A stretch of DNA of 42,211 bases from Abditibacteriaceae bacterium (GTDB lineage Bacteria > Armatimonadota > Abditibacteriia > Abditibacteriales > Abditibacteriaceae): positions 1 to 42,211 of the forward strand of contig JANMKN010000221.1 in the NCBI GenBank assembly GCA_031372065.1, read 5' to 3'. The translations under genes were made by a program, and so were the position numbers. Below, piece after piece: positions 35,639-42,211 of the stretch. The notes below the pieces were generated by a model that worked only from the letters and a program-made list of their open reading frames with translations, was not told the origin of the DNA and searched no databases. Each line of letters opens with the position of its first letter. Positions within the stretch are counted from its first letter, which is position 1.

Positions 35639-36943
35639 ATGTTTCGCCTTTTCAATCTGCTCTTAGCGCCGTTTTATCCGGCGCTCTTTTTTTATCTGTG
35701 GTGGCGGCGCAACGTGCGAAAAAAAAGCGCCGCTTCGGTGCGCGGCTTGCGCGGACTGGTGCCAAGCCACGTGAGCGAGGCGCTGCGCGGCGGCGCGCCG
35801 ATTATCTGGCTGCACGCGGTTTCGGTGGGCGAAACGATGGCGGCGCGGCCCGTCGCCAAAGCCTTGAAACAAGAACTGCCGAATTGCCGCATCGGGCTTT
35901 CGTGCATCACCGACACAGGTTTTGAAACCGCGCAAGCTGCCCAAAAAGCTGGCGAAGTGGACGCGATTTTCTTTTATCCGCTCGATTTGCCCATTTTTGT
36001 GCGGCGCGCCTTAAAAAGCGTGCGCCCGGACGTTTTTCTCACGATGGAAACCGAATTATGGCCGAATTTCTTACATTTGGCGCGACAAAGCGGCGCGAAA
36101 ACGGTTTTGGTCAACGGGCGCGTGTCGGACAGAATGCTTGCCAACGTGCCGAAACTCAAACCGTTGTGGCGCTGGATATTTTCCAATCTCGACGGCGTGC
36201 TTTTGCGCTCCGAAACCGACGCGGCGCGCTTCCAAAAACTGACGCAATTGTTAGGCGTTTGCCCGGCGCAAACCATCACCGGCGATGTGAAACTGGATGC
36301 CACTTCGCCCGCTGATGTCGCAGAAATCCGCCGTGCCGCGCGCCAAAAATGGCGCCCACTTTTCGGAATTGATGACAACGCGCCGCTTTTTGTCGCTGGT
36401 TCGACGCATCCGGGCGAAGAAGCGATGCTTTTAGGCGCGTTTGAAACCTTGAAAAGCGAATTTTCCGAGGCCCGTTTAATCATCGCGCCGCGCCACATCG
36501 AACGCGCTGACGAAGTGGAAAAAACCATCGCGGAGCATAAATTTTCGGTTTTACGTCGCTCGAAACACGAATTGGTGCCCGACGCCGTTGGTTTGCTGGA
36601 TACCGTCGGCGAATTGGCCGATTTATACGCGGCGGCAGATGTTTCTTTTGTTGGCGGCAGCCTCATTCAGCGCGGCGGTCACAATATGCTCGAACCGGTT
36701 TTGCGCGGCGTGCCGGTTATTTTCGGGCCTCATGTGATGAACTTTCGCGACGCCGCCAAACTTGTTGAAGAATCGGGCACCGGCACGCGCGTGGAAGATG
36801 AAAAGGCGCTTTGCGATGCCATTTTTTTGTGGCTGCGCGACAAGATTAAACGCGCCACGGTGCCGCAACTCGCGGCGCAAGCCTTAGCCCCACATCGCGG
36901 CGCAACCAAACGCGTCGCCGAATTTGTGGCGCGATTAAAATGA
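35639..36943 (+). CDS. waaA: 3-deoxy-D-manno-octulosonic acid (Kdo) transferase
   Basis: IWLHAVSVGE, YPLD, METELWPN, AGSTHPGEE, APRHIER, DTVGEL, FVGGSL..GGHN.LEP. Confidence 0.95.
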   Translation: MFRLFNLLLAPFYPALFFYLWWRRNVRKKSAASVRGLRGLVPSHVSEALRGGAPIIWLHAVSVGETMAARPVAKALKQELPNCRIGLSCITDTGFETAQAAQKAGEVDAIFFYPLDLPIFVRRALKSVRPDVFLTMETELWPNFLHLARQSGAKTVLVNGRVSDRMLANVPKLKPLWRWIFSNLDGVLLRSETDAARFQKLTQLLGVCPAQTITGDVKLDATSPADVAEIRRAARQKWRPLFGIDDNAPLFVAGSTHPGEEAMLLGAFETLKSEFSEARLIIAPRHIERADEVEKTIAEHKFSVLRRSKHELVPDAVGLLDTVGELADLYAAADVSFVGGSLIQRGGHNMLEPVLRGVPVIFGPHVMNFRDAAKLVEESGTGTRVEDEKALCDAIFLWLRDKIKRATVPQLAAQALAPHRGATKRVAEFVARLK

Positions 36944-37959
36944 CCAATCCTGCCGAAGCGATTTATCGCGCGCTTTACGAACGCCGCAAGGCGAAATTTT
37001 CGCGCCACGTTGTCAACGTCGGCGTGCCGGTGATTTCGATTGGCAATATCACGCTCGGCGGCACGGGAAAAACGCCCTGCGTGCAATTTGTCGCGCGCGA
37101 ACTGCAAAAAAGCGGGCGACGCGTGGCGATTGTCTCACGCGGTTATGGCGGCGCGCTTTCGCAGCAAGGCGCGGTGGTTTCCGATGGCGAAAAGATATTC
37201 TTCAAGGCGAGCAAAGCAGGCGATGAACCGCTTTTGCACGCCCGCAGTTTGCCCGACGCGGCGGTTGTGATCGGCGTTGATCGTGTTCGCGCCGCACGCC
37301 GCGCCATTGATGAATGCGGCGTGCAAATTATCGTTTTGGACGATGGTTTTCAGTTTTATTCGCTGCACCGCGACAGCGATATTGTTTTGTTGGATGCGCG
37401 CCGTCCGTTCGATAACGGGCATTTATTGCCACTTGGCCGCTTGCGCGAACCAGCGCAAAGTTTGAAGCGGGCCAGCGCCCTTGTTTTAACACGTTGCAAT
37501 TTGGCAACGGCAGACGAATTGCAAACGACACACGAAAAGATTAAAGCATTTTCGAGCGCGCCGGTTTTTCAAGCGAACCATGCGCCGCAGAGCGTGCGCG
37601 ATGAAAACAGCGGCGCGGTTTTGCCCTTGGAAGCCTTAAAAAACAAGCGTGTCGCCGCAATTTCGGCGTTAGCGCACAACCAGCAATTTCAAGAAACCTT
37701 GAAACAAAACGGTGCGCAAATCGTGGCGCAATTGGCCCGGCGCGATCATCACTTTTGGCGCGAAAAAGAAGTGCGCGATTTCGTCCATCAAGCGCACGGC
37801 GCCGAAGTTTTGATGACGACTGAAAAAGATGCCGTAAAAATGCGCGTCCCTTGGAGTGCGCCTTTGCCCTTGTGGAGTTTGGTTATCGCATTAAATCTGG
37901 GGGACGACGAAATGGCTTTTCGTGATTTCCTCAAGCAAACCACGGATGAACACAGATAA
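36940..37959 (+). CDS. lpxK: Tetraacyldisaccharide 4'-kinase
   Basis: PVISIGNITLGGTGKTP, SRGYG, GDEP, LDDGFQ, LPLGRLRE, DHH, TTEKDAVK. Confidence 0.96.
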   Translation: MTNPAEAIYRALYERRKAKFSRHVVNVGVPVISIGNITLGGTGKTPCVQFVARELQKSGRRVAIVSRGYGGALSQQGAVVSDGEKIFFKASKAGDEPLLHARSLPDAAVVIGVDRVRAARRAIDECGVQIIVLDDGFQFYSLHRDSDIVLLDARRPFDNGHLLPLGRLREPAQSLKRASALVLTRCNLATADELQTTHEKIKAFSSAPVFQANHAPQSVRDENSGAVLPLEALKNKRVAAISALAHNQQFQETLKQNGAQIVAQLARRDHHFWREKEVRDFVHQAHGAEVLMTTEKDAVKMRVPWSAPLPLWSLVIALNLGDDEMAFRDFLKQTTDEHR

Positions 37960-37988
37960 ATCAGCGTTTATCGGCTTCATCTGTGGTT
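37938..37988. repeat. AACCAC-type palindromic miniature element; encodes LpxK C-terminus (TTDEHR*)
   Basis: aaccacggatgaacacagataaa-tcagcg-tttatcggcttcatctgtggtt. Confidence 0.8.
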
Positions 37989-38020
37989 CCAAGATTTGCT
38001 CTGAGAAATGCAACTGAAAA

Positions 38021-38926
38021 ATGAAATTGGATCGCAATTCATGGGAAACGCGGGCGGCTTATGTGGTCGGCCAAGCGATGCAAAATGCCTCGTGGACAAC
38101 GTGCCGCCGCACCGGCTGGTGGTTTGGCCTTTTGCTGTTCAAATCATTGAAAAAACGCCGCCAAGTGGCGATTCACAACGTTCGATTGGCATTTCCCACG
38201 TTAAACGAAGTTGCCGCACGGCAAATCGCGCGACGCAGCGTGCAAAACGCGGCGATGACGCTTTTTGAGTTCATGCACATGGCCTCGGCGTCGCCGCGTG
38301 AAATCAGCGACTACGTTGCGTGGGACGGCTTCGAACATATTTCAGGTGCGTTGGAAAAAGGGCGCGGCGCGATTTTGCTGACGGCGCATTTGGGTAACTG
38401 GGAGTTGATGGGCGCTGTGGTCGCGCAGTCGTTCCCACTTACCGTTGTGGCCCGCCCAACGTCTAATGTCGGGATGCAAAACCACATTTTGCGCGTGCGT
38501 GAACACGCCGGATTGACCGTAATTTCCAAACACGAAAGCGCCCGTGCCGCGCTGGAATTGCTCAAGAAAAATCAAATCCTTGGCATTTTGCCCGATCAAT
38601 ATGCTGGCCCCACAGCTTTGCTGCTGCCGTTTTTCGGGCATCCCACGCGGATGGTTTCTGCGGTTGCGCGGCTTGCTATAATCTCCGGCGCACCGATTAT
38701 TCCCACTTTTTCGACGCGGCGCCATCCGTGGCTTGCCGATGGCCGCATTGTGGCCCGTGTGTCGCCCGGTTATTCCATCGAAAATGACAGCAAACGCCGC
38801 AAAGAATTCGTGCGCGAAGGCACACTGCATACCATCCGCGATTTGGAAAACATTATCTCGCGTTATCCCGATCAGTGGCTGTGGCTGCATCGCCGCTGGC
38901 GCGCCAAAGACCTGCAAAATCATTAA
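38021..38926 (+). CDS. lpxL: Lipid A late acyltransferase (LpxL/HtrB family)
   Basis: LLTAHLGNWEL, ILPDQ, PFFG, YPDQWLWLHRRW. Confidence 0.88.
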   Translation: MKLDRNSWETRAAYVVGQAMQNASWTTCRRTGWWFGLLLFKSLKKRRQVAIHNVRLAFPTLNEVAARQIARRSVQNAAMTLFEFMHMASASPREISDYVAWDGFEHISGALEKGRGAILLTAHLGNWELMGAVVAQSFPLTVVARPTSNVGMQNHILRVREHAGLTVISKHESARAALELLKKNQILGILPDQYAGPTALLLPFFGHPTRMVSAVARLAIISGAPIIPTFSTRRHPWLADGRIVARVSPGYSIENDSKRRKEFVREGTLHTIRDLENIISRYPDQWLWLHRRWRAKDLQNH

Positions 38927-39060
38927 CTTGCGTCAAATTGCGCTTTCATTTCAAACTTGTTTTTGCAGCACGAAAAATTCAAGACGACAATGAATTTCGA
39001 TGGAACAGCCAAGCATCCCGAATGGATGGGTGTCAAGGCTTGATGAGAAAATTTTGACGG

Positions 39061-39108
39061 CAAACGAAAAAACGCCGCGACTTTTGAGTGTCGCGGCGTT
39101 TTCGTTTG
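39061..39108. terminator. Bidirectional intrinsic terminator
   Basis: caaacgaaaaaacgccgcgac-ttttgagt-gtcgcggcgttttcgtttg. Confidence 0.85.
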
Positions 39109-39118
39109 ACTAAGTGCG

Positions 39119-39187
39119 TCATAATTCGCGTCCGGCCAAGTGACCGATAGCGAATACAACAGCAAGAAAAACTCCTGAGAAAATCAT
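39119..39187 (-). CDS. Unannotated 22-aa hydrophobic peptide MIFSGVFLAVVFAIGHLAGREL
   Basis: SD AAAGGAGG 5 nt upstream of ATG; terminator 10 nt downstream of TGA. Confidence 0.65.
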   Translation of the reverse strand: MIFSGVFLAVVFAIGHLAGREL

Positions 39188-39315
39188 ACCGTCCTCCTTT
39201 CATCGTTAGTAAGGGACGGTTGAGCGCCTCACAGGAACGGCCCGATGGCTTATCTCTCCGTTGTGCAATGGGTTCGCTTATTTAACACTTTCGTAACACT
39301 TTTTAAGGTTCTTTC

Positions 39316-39993
39316 ATGCTGCAATCTGTTATTGAACACCAAATTTGGACGTGGGACGAGCCATTTAGCCGAGCCGGAATTGAATTCGGCGCGCGCATGA
39401 CCATTGTGCGCTTGAAAAATGGCGATTTGTGGGTGCATTCGCCGCTTGAACCAAGTGACGAAATGCGCCGCCAAATTGAAAATCTCGGCCCGGTGCGGCA
39501 CCTGATTGCGCCGAACAAGATGCATTATTTAGGTGCGAAGGCTTTTAAAGAAGCCTATGCGCAAGCGCGACTTTATGGCGCGCCGGGTTTGGCACAAGCG
39601 CACCAAGACATTCGCTTTGATGCCACGCTGGGCGAAGTGCCCGAAGCAGCGTGGGCCGATGACTTGGAACAAGTTGTTTTTCACGGCAATCTCATCAACG
39701 AAGTGGTGTTTTTCCACCCGTCAACGCGCACTTTAATCGTGACGGATTTGTGTTTCTATATCACGCAAGGCAACGCGGCCACGCAATTGTTCGCCAAAGC
39801 CGCTGGTGTGCAAAATATGCCCGGCCCGACGCCGATTTTCAAACTCGCCACGCGCGATCATAATCAAGCGCGCCATGCTCTCGATTGCATTTTGCGTTGG
39901 GATTTTGACCGCATTATTCTCTCGCACGGCTCCATTTACGAGGCAAATGGAAAAACCGCGCTGCGCCAAAAATTCGCGTGGCTTTTGAGTTAA
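39316..39993 (+). CDS. DUF4336-like (metallo-beta-lactamase-fold) protein
   Basis: ARMTIVRL..G.LWVHSP, APNKMHY, EVVFFH..RTLIVTD, WDFDRIILSHG. Confidence 0.85.
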   Translation: MLQSVIEHQIWTWDEPFSRAGIEFGARMTIVRLKNGDLWVHSPLEPSDEMRRQIENLGPVRHLIAPNKMHYLGAKAFKEAYAQARLYGAPGLAQAHQDIRFDATLGEVPEAAWADDLEQVVFHGNLINEVVFFHPSTRTLIVTDLCFYITQGNAATQLFAKAAGVQNMPGPTPIFKLATRDHNQARHALDCILRWDFDRIILSHGSIYEANGKTALRQKFAWLLS

Positions 39994-40004
39994 GTCTGTT
40001 CAAA

Positions 40005-40625
40005 TTATTGGACTGGCAGAAATCCAGAAGTAGGAAAACCTCGGCGCGGAATGGGTATTGCATTCGTATGGACGCCATATTTTTTGAGCAATTCGATAAT
40101 TTCTTTTTGGCGCAGGCGATTGGTGCATTGAGCGGCCCAATCCAGAATAGCCATACCATTTTTGTTGACTGTTTTGGCATTTGTGCCGTGTTTCAGCAAA
40201 ATCTTTACGACCTCAACGTTGCCTTGCTGGGCGGCGCACGATAAAGCGGTGTCGCCGTCGCGGTCTTTGACGTTGGGGTCAAGACCGTTTTGCAGCATGG
40301 CTTCCACAACATCAGCGCGATTCAAAAACGCGGCGATCATGAATTCCGTAACGTTATCCGTTTTGGCGCCGTGTTTCTCCAGTAAACGCACCATGTCGGT
40401 GTTGAGAAAGCGCACAGCGGCCATCAAAATCAAATCGCCATCTTCATCGCGCCCGTTCACATCGGCGCCTTTTTCAATCAACCAACGCGCCGCTGCTACA
40501 TCGCCATTTCTGACCGCAATTGTCAATTGGCGCGTGTGCGCCTGCTGAAGTTGGACGCGCAAAAGGCCAAATAATCCTGCGATAATCAGCAGAGCGATAA
40601 CGGCTTCGAGGCGAATACGGCGCAT
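40005..40625 (-). CDS. Ankyrin-repeat protein with N-terminal membrane anchor
   Basis: LIEKGADVNGRD, GLDPNVKDRDGDTALSCAAQQGNVEVVKILLKHG. Confidence 0.88.
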   Translation of the reverse strand: MRRIRLEAVIALLIIAGLFGLLRVQLQQAHTRQLTIAVRNGDVAAARWLIEKGADVNGRDEDGDLILMAAVRFLNTDMVRLLEKHGAKTDNVTEFMIAAFLNRADVVEAMLQNGLDPNVKDRDGDTALSCAAQQGNVEVVKILLKHGTNAKTVNKNGMAILDWAAQCTNRLRQKEIIELLKKYGVHTNAIPIPRRGFPTSGFLPVQ

Positions 40626-40866
40626 GGGAGGCAATCTTAAATTCTAAACAGCGAAAGTGTATTGTGAAGAATTGTATCGCGCCCACTTTTTGTGTGGCAA
40701 AACGGCAAAAAAGTCGTTATATTTAAAAGCAGTTCAGTAGCGCAGATTGCAGACCATTGTCTATGATCTGCCAACACTGTCTTCAGCGGAACGCGTCATC
40801 GCACTTTTCATCGCACTTCTACGCGCCGTCTTACTTAATAGATTCAAAAGTTTGAGGATTCAGGTC

Positions 40867-42033
40867 ATGCGCTTGATGGAAATGCATAATCGGGGATTTT
40901 TTCGTGGCACTACGCGCGGTTTCATCGCGTGCGTTGTGGGCGTTTATCTTGGCGCCTTGCCGCTGAGTGCTGGGGAATTTTCGACCATTCCGGCCAACGA
41001 CCCGATTTATAAAGACTTGACCGCTTTGCGGCAAAGCCCACTCAGCAGCGATAAAAGCGCGCCAAATCTTAAATTGACGCGCTACGAAGTGGCAATCGAA
41101 ACCGCGCGGGCCATTCTCAAGGTTTCCGCCAACCGCCAACAATTGTCTGGTTCGCGTAGTTCGCTGCGGGCTTTAAAGAAATTGACCGAAGCCCTGCGGC
41201 CCGAACTCACGCGTTTGGAGATTAACGTCAACGATACGCTGCGTTTATTGAGCGATTTGATTAGCGATGGCACCGCCGCTAACGCCAATCCTTTGGCGCC
41301 CGCCCCGCTGCCAGTCTCCAAAGAGCCAAGCACAGGCATTGCTGGCACGAAATTCAAGTTGTCGCAGCGCCTGCGGGTTTACAGCGCCGTTTCGTCGTTG
41401 GCGCGCGATGCGGACGACCCTTTCGGCGACACCGCGAACTTTGCAGCGCGCAATGCCGCGCCTTTAGCGCGGCCCGGCACACTCGGCGCGGCGGTTAGCG
41501 GCTCGGAAGCCATTAGCAACGCCTTGCCCAAAGAATCGCTGGTGGGCAGCGTTGAAACCGGAGCCGCGCTTTCACTGACCAATTGGATGCAAGTGCGCGC
41601 TAACTTCGCGCAAAACCAAGTCACACCGGGCAACGCAAGCGGCGATTTTCGCTTGCGCGCTCCCCTACTCAATGGCGCCCGCGAAGCGCGCAGCGTCGGC
41701 ACTGGCGTAGATGTGAATTTGCTGAAGGGCATTAAATTTTCCGGCGATGTGGCGCGCATTACCGCCCTTGGCCCCGATGGAGAAGCGGCTCACGCAGGCA
41801 CTCAATTCGGTGGCGGCCTCAATTTGAGCGCGTGGCAAAATCGTTTGTCCATGAGCGCCAACGTTTCGCGTTTGGTGCCCGAAGACGCCGATATTCTACC
41901 GTCCACCGCCGCCGAATTCAATTTAGGCGCCGATGTGACGCGCCGCTTATCGCTCAATTTGCGCTATCAGCAAATGTTCGCCGCCCAAGGCAATGACCGC
42001 GTTGTTTCCGGCGGCATCAGCGTGAAATTCTAA
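40867..42033 (+). CDS. Putative outer-membrane protein with SLH-like N-terminus, coiled coil and beta-strand C-terminus
   Basis: Signal peptide (..LPLSA), FSTIPANDPIYKDLTAL..LTRYEVA, ALKKLTEALRPELTRL, alternating beta strands ending GISVKF. Start uncertain (40867/40876/40882). Confidence 0.65.
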   Translation: MRLMEMHNRGFFRGTTRGFIACVVGVYLGALPLSAGEFSTIPANDPIYKDLTALRQSPLSSDKSAPNLKLTRYEVAIETARAILKVSANRQQLSGSRSSLRALKKLTEALRPELTRLEINVNDTLRLLSDLISDGTAANANPLAPAPLPVSKEPSTGIAGTKFKLSQRLRVYSAVSSLARDADDPFGDTANFAARNAAPLARPGTLGAAVSGSEAISNALPKESLVGSVETGAALSLTNWMQVRANFAQNQVTPGNASGDFRLRAPLLNGAREARSVGTGVDVNLLKGIKFSGDVARITALGPDGEAAHAGTQFGGGLNLSAWQNRLSMSANVSRLVPEDADILPSTAAEFNLGADVTRRLSLNLRYQQMFAAQGNDRVVSGGISVKF

Positions 42034-42046
42034 CATTCCAGCATAG

Positions 42047-42082
42047 AAAAGCCGCAAAACCTCATGGTTTTGCGGCTTTTTT
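42047..42082 (+). terminator. Intrinsic terminator
   Basis: aaaagccgcaaaacc-tcat-ggttttgcggctttttt. Confidence 0.9.
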
Positions 42083-42117
42083 GTGTTCGATGGCTGACAA
42101 AGCAAATTGCCGACTCA

Positions 42118-42211
42118 AGATTGAGCCTCGGCGATAAGAGATTGAGCCTCGGCGATAAGAGATTGAGCCTCGGCGATAAGAGATTGAGCCTCGGCGATAA
42201 GAGATTGAGCC
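42118..42211. repeat. Perfect 21-bp tandem array (TTGAGCCTCGGCGATAAGAGA), more than 4 copies, runs off the window
   Basis: Identical units at 42121, 42142, 42163 and 42184; partial unit at 42205. Confidence 0.97.

Noticed and set aside
39220..39280. Known riboswitch in the leader of the small peptide
   Set aside because: Hairpins are present, but I cannot match them to a recognised aptamer consensus; an Infernal/Rfam scan would be needed.
1..42211. tRNA, rRNA, IS transposase, integrase, prophage or reverse transcriptase genes
   Set aside because: None recognisable in sequence or ORF translations; any mobilising enzyme beyond the GxxExxY and four-helix-bundle candidates would have to be encoded elsewhere.

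Overview
Bacterial chromosomal window, moderately GC-rich. It comes from a diderm (full lipid A pathway) with Firmicutes-like features (PyrR attenuation, type I dihydroorotase). An Armatimonadota/Abditibacteriota-like origin is my unverified guess. The gene content is mostly housekeeping: a DUF4350-MoxR pair; a PyrR-attenuated pyrR-pyrB-orf-pyrC-DUF4139-carA-GxxExxY-carB(N-half only) operon; esterase, FmdB-type zinc ribbon, accB, hom, thrC, katE; ileS-lspA-lgt-aat; amidase; rluD; a lipid A operon (fabZ-lpxA fusion, lpxB, msbA, waaA, lpxK, lpxL); DUF4336, ankyrin and an SLH/porin-like gene. The unusual content lies between and at the ends of genes. (1) Small palindromic elements built of 9-mers bracket a GxxExxY nuclease-fold gene, also occur empty, and repeatedly supply the stop codon of the upstream gene. 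(2) Inverted 7-mer arrays bracket a four-helix-bundle gene, also occur empty, and occur in frame within pyrC, ileS and lpxB. (3) Six sequence-unrelated tandem arrays all have a period of about 21 or 42 bp and sit just 3' of genes. Also seen: a duplicated rluD 3' end enclosing a frameshifted Imm5-like gene, an unannotated 22-aa hydrophobic peptide with a sequestered SD (type I toxin-like), a split CarB, and an IleRS with GVHH/RISKT motifs. All family assignments are from motif recognition by eye; no database search was run.
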